Assembly: GCA_031459625.1 (NCBI GenBank)
Contig: JAVKIH010000011.1
Span: 21,031 to 85,030 of the forward strand
From: Candidatus Geohabitans tengchongensis
GTDB lineage: Bacteria; Sysuimicrobiota; Sysuimicrobiia; Sysuimicrobiales; Humicultoraceae
DNA length: 64,000 nucleotides
Reading direction: 5' to 3'
Shown: positions 38,283 to 47,430 of the stretch, piece after piece
Layout: every line of letters begins with the position of its first letter
How positions within the stretch are numbered: position 1 is the first letter of the stretch
Translations under genes and position numbers: made by a program
The notes under the pieces: generated by a model
What the model was told of the DNA's origin: nothing
What the model saw: the letters and a program-made list of their open reading frames with translations, nothing else
Database searches by the model: none

Positions 38283-39452
38283 GTGGAGTTCACCGTCCCC
38301 GAGGAGTACCAGGCGCTGCGGCGGCGTGTCCGCGCCTTCGTGGAGCGGGAGCTGCTGCCCCTCGAGCGCACCCTGCCGGAGGCGCCCGACCTCCCCGACG
38401 ACCTGCGCCGCCAGCTGCAGGAGAAGGCCAAGGCAGAAGGGCTGTGGGCGCTCGACGTGCGCCGGGAGTTCGGCGGGCAGGGACTCCCCAACCTCGGCAT
38501 GGTGATGGTGTGGGAGGAACTCGGCCGCTCCACCGTGCCGCCGCTGCGGGCCCCGTCGGTGCTCACGCCCCGCATCGGCGCGCTCTACCACTGCACCCCC
38601 GAGCAGCGCGAGCGCTTCCTCGACCCCATCGTGCGGGGGGAGAAGCGCACCGCCTTCGCGCTCACCGAACCCTGGGGCGGCTCGGACGCCGCCGGCAACA
38701 TGCGCACCCGTGCCGTGCGCGACGGGGATCACTGGGTGCTCACCGGCCGCAAGGTCTTCGTCGGTGGAGCGGACAAGGCCGACGTCGTCCAGGTCTTCGC
38801 CCTCACCGACCCGGAGAAGCGGGCGCGCGGCGGGATCACCTGCTTCCTGGTCGAGCGCGGCACCCCGGGCTTCCGCCTGGGGCGGCAGTTCCAGCTGATG
38901 GTGGCGGACAGCCCCTGGGAGCTGATCTTCGAGGAGTGCCGCGTGCCGCACGCCAACGTGCTGGGGCCGGTGGGCGAAGGCTTCCGCCTGGCGCAGCAGC
39001 ACCTGACCCGTGACCGCATCTTCCACGGGGCGAAGGCGGTGGGGATGGCGGAGCGGGCCCTGGAGCTGGCCATCGACTACGCCCGCGACCGCGTCACCTT
39101 CGGGGCGCCCATTGCGGAGCGGCAGGCCGTCCAGTGGATGTTCGCCGAGTCGGCGATGGAGATCCACGCCACACGCCTCATGACCTACCACGCCGCCTGG
39201 AAGCTCGACCAGGGCCTGGACGTCCGCCAGGAGGCCTCCATCGTCAAGGCCTTCGGGACGGAGATGCTGGGCCGCGTCACCGACCGGGCCCTGCAGGTCT
39301 TCGGGGCCATCGGGCTCTCCAAGGACCTGCCCATCGAGCGCATGTTCCGTGACGCCCGCAGCCGGCGCATTGGGGAGGGCACCTCGGAGATCCAGCGCAT
39401 GGTCATCGCCCGGACGCTCTTGCGCGATCCGCGCCGGGTGCGGCTGGTGTGA
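38283..39452 (+). CDS. Acyl-CoA dehydrogenase
   Basis: FALTEPWGGSD, G.KVF, R.TFG.PI, QVFGAIG, ERMFRDAR..RIGEGTSEIQR. Confidence 0.93.
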   Translation: MEFTVPEEYQALRRRVRAFVERELLPLERTLPEAPDLPDDLRRQLQEKAKAEGLWALDVRREFGGQGLPNLGMVMVWEELGRSTVPPLRAPSVLTPRIGALYHCTPEQRERFLDPIVRGEKRTAFALTEPWGGSDAAGNMRTRAVRDGDHWVLTGRKVFVGGADKADVVQVFALTDPEKRARGGITCFLVERGTPGFRLGRQFQLMVADSPWELIFEECRVPHANVLGPVGEGFRLAQQHLTRDRIFHGAKAVGMAERALELAIDYARDRVTFGAPIAERQAVQWMFAESAMEIHATRLMTYHAAWKLDQGLDVRQEASIVKAFGTEMLGRVTDRALQVFGAIGLSKDLPIERMFRDARSRRIGEGTSEIQRMVIARTLLRDPRRVRLV

Positions 39453-39510
39453 CCGGAAAGCCCCATCCCCCCTGCGGGATGCACCCGACACCGTGAGGAG
39501 CGTGAGTCCC

Positions 39511-40497
39511 ATGACCCTGATCCGCCTGACCCTCCTGGCCGCCGTGCTGGTCCTCCTGGCTGGCCTCCTCGGAGGCTCCGCTCTCGCGAAGCAGTCGCGG
39601 CTGCCCGTGGGCTTCTCGGGCGTGCGGCAGCTCACCTACGCCGCCACCCTCATCGCCCTGGAGCGGATGCGCGACCGGGGCTACGAGGCCCCGCCCGTCT
39701 TCTTCCCCCGCCCCGAGCTGGCGCTGCAGGCCTTGCTGCGCGGCGAGGTGGACCTGGTGCGGGCCGAGCCCACCACCCCGGCCAACGCGGTCGCCCGCGG
39801 GGCGCGGGTGGCCATGGTGGCCGCTCCCGGGCTGAACCAGTGGGTGCTGGTGACGCCCCGGACCATCACCGCCCCCCGCCAGCTCGACCGCAAGCGCATC
39901 GCCGTGCACAGCCTTTCGTCCATGTCCAACACCGTGGTGCAGTTTGCCGTCCGCCGGCACCGCATCGCCGCCCCCCAGATCCTGGTCATCCCGGGCTCCC
40001 CGGCGCGGGCGCAGGCCCTGCTGCGGGGCGAGGTGGACGCCACGAGCCTCTTCCTCACCGACGCCATCCGCCTCGACCTGACCGCCCCGGGCCGCTTCCA
40101 CGTCCTGCTCGACTTCAAGGACCTGCCGGTGCTGGACTCGGTGCTGGTGGCCCGCCGCGAGTGGCTGGCCGCCCGGCCGCAGGAGATCCGGGACGTCCTG
40201 CGGGTGCTGCTGGACACCCACCGGCGCATCGCCGCCGGGCCGGAGTGGGCGGTGGTGCGGACGCTGCAGCTCTTCCCCGACGAGGACCGCGCGTTTGCCG
40301 AGGCGACCGTGCGCGCCTTCGTCGCCCGCGGCATCTGGGACGTGAACGGGGGGATCCCTGGATACGACGTCGTGCGGGAGATGATCGCCTTCCTGAAGAG
40401 CATCGAGGCGCTGCCGCCGGGTGCCCCTGACGACCCCGAGGCGTACGCCGACCTGAGCCCGCTCCAGGATGTCCTCCGCGTCTTGGGGCGTCGGTGA
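39511..40497 (+). CDS. ABC substrate-binding protein (NMT1/THI5/SsuA-like)
   Basis: Signal peptide, QALLRGEVD twice, KRIAV; adjacent permeases and ATPase. Confidence 0.82.
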   Translation: MTLIRLTLLAAVLVLLAGLLGGSALAKQSRLPVGFSGVRQLTYAATLIALERMRDRGYEAPPVFFPRPELALQALLRGEVDLVRAEPTTPANAVARGARVAMVAAPGLNQWVLVTPRTITAPRQLDRKRIAVHSLSSMSNTVVQFAVRRHRIAAPQILVIPGSPARAQALLRGEVDATSLFLTDAIRLDLTAPGRFHVLLDFKDLPVLDSVLVARREWLAARPQEIRDVLRVLLDTHRRIAAGPEWAVVRTLQLFPDEDRAFAEATVRAFVARGIWDVNGGIPGYDVVREMIAFLKSIEALPPGAPDDPEAYADLSPLQDVLRVLGRR

Positions 40498-40536
40498 GGA
40501 CGTCGGGCGAGACTGAGCGGCCGTCGTGCGAGTGGA

Positions 40537-41361
40537 GTGCACGCTGAGGACATGAGCGTGTTCGTGGCTTCACGGGAGTGGGCGGCGCGGATGCGGATGC
40601 GCCTGCCGGCCGGGATACGCCCGGACCGCTACCGCCTGGCCCGGTGGGGCTCGCTGCTGCTCTGCCTGGTCGGGTGGGAGGCGCTGGGACGGCGCGCCGC
40701 CGGGACGCTGACCCTCCCGCCGGCCTCGGCGGTGCTGCAGGCCCTGGCCCGGCAACTGACGGACGCGCGGTTCTGGGCGGCGTGCGCCACGACGCTGGAG
40801 GCGCTGGCGGTGGGGCTGGTCCTGCTGGTCGCCCTCGGCATCCCGCTGGGCCTCGCCTGCGGCCGCTACCCGCTGGCGGGGCGGATCGCCGAGCCGTACC
40901 TGGGCTTCCTGCTGGCGGTGCCGGCTTCGCCCATGGTTCCGGTCTTCGTCATCGCCTTCGGCATCGGGCTGGCCGCGCGCGTGGCCACCATCGTCGCCTT
41001 CGCCCTGCCGCTGCTCATCCTGAACACCGCCGCCGGGGTGCGGCTGGCGCCGGTCCGGCTGGTGGAGATGGCCCGGTCCTTCGGCGCCGGGGAGGGGATG
41101 GTCTTCCGGCGGGTGATTCTGCCGGCGGCGATGCCGGCCATCGGCGCCGGGCTGCGGCTGGCCTCCGCCCGGGCGGTGGTGGGGATGGTCGTCTCGGAGC
41201 TGATCATCATCGCGGTGGGGCTGGGGCGGCTCATCAGCACCTACAGCGCCACCTTCGACAACGCCAACCTCTTCGCCGTGGTCCTGGCCGTCCTGGGCAT
41301 CGGGCTGGGCGTGGCGCGGCTGATGACGTGGGTGGAACGGAGGCTGGCCCCGTGGAGCTGA
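40537..41361 (+). CDS. ABC permease (SsuC/TauC/NitT-type)
   Basis: TM helices, EAA-like EMARSFGA..FRRVILPAA, VVSEL..GLG. Confidence 0.9.
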   Translation: MHAEDMSVFVASREWAARMRMRLPAGIRPDRYRLARWGSLLLCLVGWEALGRRAAGTLTLPPASAVLQALARQLTDARFWAACATTLEALAVGLVLLVALGIPLGLACGRYPLAGRIAEPYLGFLLAVPASPMVPVFVIAFGIGLAARVATIVAFALPLLILNTAAGVRLAPVRLVEMARSFGAGEGMVFRRVILPAAMPAIGAGLRLASARAVVGMVVSELIIIAVGLGRLISTYSATFDNANLFAVVLAVLGIGLGVARLMTWVERRLAPWS

Positions 41362-42131
41362 TCGTCCCCGCCATCGAGGTGCGAGAGGTGGTGAAGGCCT
41401 TCCGCGGCCCGGAGGGCGAGCCGCTGCCGGTGCTGGAGCGCCTGAGCTTCGTCGTCCCGCCGCGGCAGTTCGTCGCCGTCATCGGCCCGAGCGGCTGCGG
41501 GAAGACGACGCTGCTGCGCGTGCTGGACGGGCTGACCCCGGCCGACGGCGGCGAGGTGCGGGTCTTCGGCCGCCGCGTCACCGGTCCGGGCCCGGATCGG
41601 GCGGTGGTCTTCCAGGACTTCGCCCTGCTGCCCTGGGCCACCGTGCTGGAGAACGTCGCCTTCCCGCTGGAGATCCGGCGCATCCCCTCGCCGGAGCGCG
41701 AGCGCCGCGCGCGCGCCGCCATCGCGCTGGTGGGGCTGGACGGTTTCGAGGGCTACTACCCCCAGGCGCTGTCGGGCGGGATGCAGCAGCGGGTGGGACT
41801 GGCCCGGGCCCTGGTGGTGGACCCGCAGGTGCTCCTGCTGGACGAGCCCTTCGGGGCGCTGGACGCGCAGACCCGGATGCTGCTGCAAGACGAGCTGCTG
41901 GCCCTGTGGCAGCGGCGCCCGACCACCGTCGTGCTCGTCACCCATGACATGGCCGAGGCGGTCTACCTGGCCGACCGGGTGCTGGTGATGAGTCCGCGCC
42001 CGGGGCGGATCATCGAGGAGGTGCCGATTCCCCTGCCGCGGCCGCGGGACCAGAGCGTGCGCCGTTCGGCGCGCTTCGCCGAGCTCGTGGAGGAGGTGTG
42101 GGCGTGCCTGCGGGGCTTCGTGCGCCTGTGA
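41352..42131 (+). CDS. ABC ATP-binding protein (SsuB/TauB/NitT-type)
   Basis: GPSGCGKTT, VFQ, LSGGMQQR, LLDEPFGALDAQTR, VTHD. Confidence 0.94.
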   Translation: MELIVPAIEVREVVKAFRGPEGEPLPVLERLSFVVPPRQFVAVIGPSGCGKTTLLRVLDGLTPADGGEVRVFGRRVTGPGPDRAVVFQDFALLPWATVLENVAFPLEIRRIPSPERERRARAAIALVGLDGFEGYYPQALSGGMQQRVGLARALVVDPQVLLLDEPFGALDAQTRMLLQDELLALWQRRPTTVVLVTHDMAEAVYLADRVLVMSPRPGRIIEEVPIPLPRPRDQSVRRSARFAELVEEVWACLRGFVRL

Positions 42132-42898
42132 GGCGCCCCTGGCCGGACCGGCAGCGTCGGGCGGCCGAACGCACCCCCTGGGTCCTGACGCTGGTCCCGC
42201 TCGCCGCGGGCTGGGAGGTGGTGGGCCGCTCGGGGCGCTTCCCCTTCGTCCCACCGCTCTCCCGGGTGGCGGACGCGGCCGTGCTGCTGGCCGCGCGCGG
42301 GGAGCTGTGGCGGCACGGCCTGCGCACCCTGGCCGCGGTGCTGGCGGGGTTCGCCCTGGCCGCCCTGGTGGGGACGGTGCTGGGCGTCCTCATGGGGCGC
42401 TCCCGCTGGGTGGACGCCGTGGCGGGCCTGTACGTCGACCTCTTCCAGGTCACCCCCGCCGCCGCCAAGGTGCCGGTGCTCATCCTCCTCTTCGGCCTGG
42501 GGCCGGAGAGCATCCTGGCCACGGTGGTGCTCTTCAGCGTCTTCGTGGTAACGGTGAACGTCCGCGCCGGCGTGCGGGCCGTGCCGCCGGGGCTGGTGGA
42601 GATGGCGCGTGCCTTCGGCGCCGGGGAGGCGGTGCTGCTGCGGCGGGTCGTCCTCCCCGCTGCGCTGCCGCTCGTCCTGACCGGGTTGCGCGCGGGGATC
42701 GGCCGGGCCGTGAACGGCGCGGTCCTCGGCGAGATGCTCATCTCCATCGTGGGGATCGGCGGGCTGCTCATGTACTACGGGGGCGCCTTCCGCATGGACG
42801 TGCTCTGTGCGTTGATCCTGGGGATCGCCCTGCTGGCCACCGCCCTCATGGGGGCGGTGCGGGCGGTGGAGCGGCGGGTCCTGCGCTGGACCCTCTGA
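42098..42898 (+). CDS. ABC permease (SsuC/TauC-type), second subunit
   Basis: EMARAFGA..LRRVVLPAA, GEM..GIG; start uncertain (42098, 42104 or 42128). Confidence 0.88.
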   Translation: MGVPAGLRAPVRRPWPDRQRRAAERTPWVLTLVPLAAGWEVVGRSGRFPFVPPLSRVADAAVLLAARGELWRHGLRTLAAVLAGFALAALVGTVLGVLMGRSRWVDAVAGLYVDLFQVTPAAAKVPVLILLFGLGPESILATVVLFSVFVVTVNVRAGVRAVPPGLVEMARAFGAGEAVLLRRVVLPAALPLVLTGLRAGIGRAVNGAVLGEMLISIVGIGGLLMYYGGAFRMDVLCALILGIALLATALMGAVRAVERRVLRWTL

Positions 42899-42926
42899 GC
42901 GGCGCCCCGTCGAGGAGGCAGACCTG

Positions 42927-43823
42927 ATGGAGGGGCGGTACGAGACCATCCTGGTGAGGGACGACGACGGGATCGTGACGGTCACCTTCAACCGGCCCGA
43001 GAAGAAGAACGCCATGAACCCCACGCTGCACCGGGAGATGCACGCGGCGCTCACGGCCCTGGCCGCGGACGACCGGGTGCGCGTGCTGGTCATCACCGGA
43101 GCGGGGGACGCCTTCAGCGCCGGAATGGACCTGAAGGAGTACTTCTACGACCTCAAGGACCGGCCCCGGGAGGTGGACCGCAACCGCGTCATCTCCCAGG
43201 AGTGGCGCGACCGCAAGCTGCGGCTCTTCCCCGCGCCCACCATCGCCATGGTGAACGGGTACTGCTTCGGCGGGGCGCTGCCGGTGGTGGCGGCCTGCGA
43301 CCTGGCCCTGGCCGCCGAGGAGGCGCTCTTCGGCCTCTCCGAGGTGAACTTCAAGGGCATCCCGGCCGGGCCGGTGGCCATGGCCATGGGGCGCGTCCTC
43401 CACCCGCGCGACGCCCTGTGGCACATGCTGCTGGGCGAGCCGTTCGACGGCCGCCGGGCGGCGGAGCTGAAGCTGGTGAACCGGGCGGTGCCGCGGGCGC
43501 AGCTGGCCGCGGAGACCTACGCCGTGGCCGCCGCCCTGCGGGCGAAAGACCCCCACGCGCTGCGCCTGACCAAGGAGCTCTTCCGCCACAGCCTGGGGAT
43601 GGACCCCGACGCCGCGCTGGCCTTCGCCAACGCCAAGGTGCGGGAGCTGACCTACCTGCAGCAGGGGGGCTGGATCGAGGAAGGCATCGGGGCGTTCCTG
43701 GCGGGGCGGTCGCGGCCGGGGTTGGGGGCGGAGGGCGTCGCGTCCGATCCGGACGCAATACCCTCCTCCACGACCGACCGCCCTGGTCGCCACGACGTGC
43801 CGCCGCCTCCAGGGGGGCGCTGA
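42927..43823 (+). CDS. Crotonase-family enzyme, hydroxycinnamoyl(feruloyl)-CoA hydratase/lyase-like
   Basis: NRPEKKNAMNPTL, AGMDLKEYF, PTIAMVNGYCFGG, FGLSEVN, C-terminal F...RPGL; resembles HCHL/Ech. Confidence 0.8.
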   Translation: MEGRYETILVRDDDGIVTVTFNRPEKKNAMNPTLHREMHAALTALAADDRVRVLVITGAGDAFSAGMDLKEYFYDLKDRPREVDRNRVISQEWRDRKLRLFPAPTIAMVNGYCFGGALPVVAACDLALAAEEALFGLSEVNFKGIPAGPVAMAMGRVLHPRDALWHMLLGEPFDGRRAAELKLVNRAVPRAQLAAETYAVAAALRAKDPHALRLTKELFRHSLGMDPDAALAFANAKVRELTYLQQGGWIEEGIGAFLAGRSRPGLGAEGVASDPDAIPSSTTDRPGRHDVPPPPGGR

Positions 43824-43850
43824 ACGCCCGTCGGCGGCGGGGAGGGATCC

Positions 43851-45425
43851 GTGACCACCGCAGCTCCCGTACCCTCTGCGCTGTCCTCGGGCTCCGTGCC
43901 GATCGAAGAGGAGCCCTACGTGCACCTGCGCCTGGAGGACGGTGGGGTGACGGTGCGGGGGAACCCGGCGGTGACGTTGGGTCACCGGGTTCCCCGGGGA
44001 GCGGGGGAGAAGCCGGACGGCGTCTTCGCAGCCTGGTCCTGGGACGGCCGTGTCCTGCGCGTGGAGAACGACCGCTACGGGTGCTATCCGCTGTACTATG
44101 CCGCCGCTCCGGGCGAGCTCCGCCTCTCTCCCTCCATCCCGCGGCTTCTGCGCGCCGGGGTGTCGCGGGAAGTGGACGAGACGGCCCTCGGCGTCTTCCT
44201 GCGGCTGGGCTACTTTCTGGACGATGAAACACCGTTCCGGGCCATCCGGGCCGTGCCGCCCGACGCGACGTTCATCTGGCGCGACGGGCAGCTCGAGGTC
44301 AGCGGGCGCTACGCCGGCAGCCCGGAGCAGACCATCACCCGGAGGGCCGCCATCGACGCCTACGTCGAGCTGTTCCGGCAGGCGATCCGCCGCCGTCCCC
44401 CGACGGAGGAGGCGGTGGTGACCCTGAGCGGCGGGCGGGATTCCCGGCACATCCTCCTGGAACTGTGCGCACAGGGCACCCCACCCCGGCGGTGCGTCAC
44501 CACCTACCGGTCCTTTCCGTCCATGCTGGGCCGTCACGCGCCCAGCGAGGACGTGGAGCTCGCCCGGGCCCTGGCCGAAGCCGTCAGGGTGGAGCACGTG
44601 CTGGTCCCGCAGTCCCCTTCGGCGCTGCGCGCCGAGCGCCGCAAGAACCTGCTGACCGGCTTCTGCACAGACGAGCATGGGTGGTACGTCGCGGTGGCCG
44701 ACTACCTGAAGGGCCACGCCACGGCCGTGTACGACGGGATCGCCGGCGACGGGCTCTCCGAGGACCCGCTGCTCGACGCGGAGGGGCTGCGCCTCTACCG
44801 GGAGGGGCGGCTGGGCGAGCTGGCAGACCGCTGGCTCGACGAGCGGGAGGAGGCTCTCCTCCGCACGCTCATCCCGCCGATGTGGGCGGGGGCGGCCGAC
44901 CGCGACCGGGTCCACGCGCGCCTGGTGGCGGAGCTGCGCGCCTTCGCGGGCGCGCCCAATCCGGTGGGGACCTTCCTCTTCTGGAGCCTCACCCGCCGCG
45001 AGACCGCCCTGGCCCCCTACGGCCTGCTGCGCGGGGTCGACCTCGTCTACAGTCCCTACCTGGACCACGATCTCTACGACTTCCTGACGTCGCTGCCTGG
45101 GGAGATGCTGCTGGGCCACCGGTTCCACACGGAGACGATCGCGCGGGGGCATCCCCGCTACGCCGCCTTTCCCTACCCCTCGAAGGATGCGGCGGCCCTG
45201 CGGCGGCCGGTGCGTCATCGGTCCTTCACCCTGGAGGTGCTCCGCGAGGTGCTCGCCCGGCCCACGGCGTTCCGGGCGACGCTGGTCCCCACACTCCTCG
45301 CCGCGCTGGCCCGGGGAGCCCCCCGCTGGGTGTTGCCGGTCGTCGTCTACCTCATGCAGCTCGAGGAGGTCTGCCGCGACCTGCCGGCGTGGTGGCGGGC
45401 CGGTGAGCCCGGCGAGGGGGCCTGA
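43851..45425 (+). CDS. Asparagine-synthetase-like ATP-dependent amide ligase without the N-terminal Cys
   Basis: DRYGCYPLYY, TPFRAI, PP-loop LSGGRDSR, GIAGD, SPYLDHD. Confidence 0.78.
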   Translation: MTTAAPVPSALSSGSVPIEEEPYVHLRLEDGGVTVRGNPAVTLGHRVPRGAGEKPDGVFAAWSWDGRVLRVENDRYGCYPLYYAAAPGELRLSPSIPRLLRAGVSREVDETALGVFLRLGYFLDDETPFRAIRAVPPDATFIWRDGQLEVSGRYAGSPEQTITRRAAIDAYVELFRQAIRRRPPTEEAVVTLSGGRDSRHILLELCAQGTPPRRCVTTYRSFPSMLGRHAPSEDVELARALAEAVRVEHVLVPQSPSALRAERRKNLLTGFCTDEHGWYVAVADYLKGHATAVYDGIAGDGLSEDPLLDAEGLRLYREGRLGELADRWLDEREEALLRTLIPPMWAGAADRDRVHARLVAELRAFAGAPNPVGTFLFWSLTRRETALAPYGLLRGVDLVYSPYLDHDLYDFLTSLPGEMLLGHRFHTETIARGHPRYAAFPYPSKDAAALRRPVRHRSFTLEVLREVLARPTAFRATLVPTLLAALARGAPRWVLPVVVYLMQLEEVCRDLPAWWRAGEPGEGA

Positions 45426-45430
45426 CGTCC

Positions 45431-46270
45431 GTGTACCACGTTACCCTCGACGGCTTCCGCGGGTACCGTTCGCGCTTCGACGACATTCGGCTCGTCCAGG
45501 AAGTCCTGGAGGGACTGCCCGTGATCCTCGAGTTGCAGCCGACGATGCCGGCGTTCCTGCTCCCCTACTACAACGGCGTGGTCCCCGAGGACTGCGGCAT
45601 CAGCGCGTTCGTGTTCCTGGAAGGCGGCCACTGCACCATCCACACCTTCTCCTTCCGTGAGACGTATTTTGCTGACGTCGTCTCGCCGCGGGCGTTCGAT
45701 GCCGAGCGGCTGTATCGGCACTTGCAGGCCGCCTTCCCGTGCGCCATCACCGCTGTCAGTGCCCTGTCCCGTGACGGGACTCCGGTCGAGGCGCCCGAGG
45801 CGGACCCGGAGGCCGACTTCGGCCCGCACTACTTCCTGGACCTCATGGACTACGCCGGCCCGGCCCACCTGGACGAGGTGTTCGACCTGTTCGACCGGCT
45901 GCCGGGGGTGATCGGGATGACACCGATCATGCGTCCGTACGTCCTGCGGGGCCGGACGGCGGACGGCCGGCAGCACGTTAGCGCGATGACCATGATCGCG
46001 GAGAGTCACCTCGCCCTGCACGTCTTCCCCGGGGACCGTCGGGCGCACTTCGACCTGTTCTCGTGTCGCTTCTTCGACCACACCGCGGTCATCCCGCGGA
46101 TCCGGCGGGAGTTGCCCGGGACGATCCGCGGGGAAGCGCTCATCGCCCGAGGGCGGCGCTATCGCTACCTGCGGATGGACGGGCCGGGACACACGGCCCA
46201 GGCCCGGGCGTGGGTCAGGGTCTTGCCGGCCTCGGCGGCCGCGGAGGAGGTCGGCGCATCCTCCGGGTGA
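45431..46270 (+). CDS. Tandem two-domain S-adenosylmethionine decarboxylase-fold (pyruvoyl) protein
   Basis: Domain 1 GISAFVFLEGGHCTIHTF; domain 2 GPH..D, SAMTMIAESHLALHVFP..DLFSC. Confidence 0.82.
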   Translation: MYHVTLDGFRGYRSRFDDIRLVQEVLEGLPVILELQPTMPAFLLPYYNGVVPEDCGISAFVFLEGGHCTIHTFSFRETYFADVVSPRAFDAERLYRHLQAAFPCAITAVSALSRDGTPVEAPEADPEADFGPHYFLDLMDYAGPAHLDEVFDLFDRLPGVIGMTPIMRPYVLRGRTADGRQHVSAMTMIAESHLALHVFPGDRRAHFDLFSCRFFDHTAVIPRIRRELPGTIRGEALIARGRRYRYLRMDGPGHTAQARAWVRVLPASAAAEEVGASSG

Positions 46271-46274
46271 TCCG

Positions 46275-47414
46275 ATGACCGCCAGTCCGTCCATGAGGCT
46301 GCGACCATCCGTGGCCTTGGTCCACCACGGGCAGTTCTCCGGGTGCACGGCATCGCTGCGCGGCGCCCTGGCCGCGCGGATGTCGGTGGTCGACCTGGAC
46401 CTGCTCCGCCTGGCGCGGCGCCCCGCGTTGCTGCGCGCCCGGGTGCGCGCGACGTGGGAAGCGCAGCGAACGGGCAGGGGGACGCCCTGGGTGAAGACGG
46501 GGGCCTGGTCCCGGGCCTGTCAGCAGTGGGCGGAGGAGCACGGGTTCCTTGCGCCACACCGTCCCGTCCTGTTCCTGCAGACCCTCTCAGCCTTCGTGCT
46601 GGACAGGGCGGGGCCACGGTACGCCGTCTACACCGATCGGGTCAGCGCCGAGGGGGCGACCCGGGACGGGGTCTACGCGTCGCGGTTCACACCGGCGTGG
46701 CGGGCCCGGGAGCGGGTGTTCCTCCAGCGGGCGGAACGGGTCTTCGTGATGGGTCCGGCAACACAAGACGTGCTGGAACGGGAGTACGGCGTCCCGCGGT
46801 GGCGCGTCAGTGTGGTCGGCGGCGGGCCCAACGTCCCGCTCACCGGGCCCGTCCAAGCCGACCGGTGCCGTGCCCTGCTCTTCGTGGGGCGGGAGTGGGA
46901 GATGAAGGGCGGCCCGCTGGTGTTGCGCGCCTTCCAGCAGCTGCGCCGTCGGTTCCCCGACCTGGAACTCCTCATCGCGGGCTGCAGGCCGTTCGTCCGG
47001 CCCCCGGCGGGAGTGCGGATGTTGGGCTGGGTGCCTCGCGAGGCCATGGACGACGTCTACTCCGCGGCCCAGATCCTGGTGGTCCCCGGTTACAAGGAAG
47101 CATTTGGACACGCCTTCGTCGAGGGGCTCATCAAGGGCCTGCCCTGTGTGGCCTCGTGTGGAGGGAACCAGGCCGACCTGATCGCCGATGCCGGGCGCTG
47201 CGTCCCCCCCGGAGACGTGGGGGCGTTGCGCGTGGCGCTGGCCGAGGTCATCGCCCGCTACCCGGAGTACCGGCGTCGGGCCGTGCGACGGGGCCGGGAG
47301 CTGCGGGAACGCTTCGCCTGGGACCGCATTGCCGGCCGCATCCTGGGGGAGTTCCTGGAGGCGGCCCCGGTGTCCGGGGAGGACCCGGCGCGCCCGACAC
47401 CAGCGCGGTCCTGA
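46275..47414 (+). CDS. Glycosyltransferase family 4
   Basis: LFVGREWEMKGG, EAFGHAFVE; paralogue of 21184-22302. Confidence 0.87.
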   Translation: MTASPSMRLRPSVALVHHGQFSGCTASLRGALAARMSVVDLDLLRLARRPALLRARVRATWEAQRTGRGTPWVKTGAWSRACQQWAEEHGFLAPHRPVLFLQTLSAFVLDRAGPRYAVYTDRVSAEGATRDGVYASRFTPAWRARERVFLQRAERVFVMGPATQDVLEREYGVPRWRVSVVGGGPNVPLTGPVQADRCRALLFVGREWEMKGGPLVLRAFQQLRRRFPDLELLIAGCRPFVRPPAGVRMLGWVPREAMDDVYSAAQILVVPGYKEAFGHAFVEGLIKGLPCVASCGGNQADLIADAGRCVPPGDVGALRVALAEVIARYPEYRRRAVRRGRELRERFAWDRIAGRILGEFLEAAPVSGEDPARPTPARS

Positions 47415-47430
47415 CGATGGGAGGCCGATC

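Noticed and set aside
37020..39635. Long antisense or alternate-frame ORFs (also 5980-7731, 10253-12271, 42846-45218, 53252-55666 and many others)
   Set aside because: Shadow ORFs expected at high GC; they lie opposite well-supported genes, are Arg/Pro/Gly-rich and lack motifs
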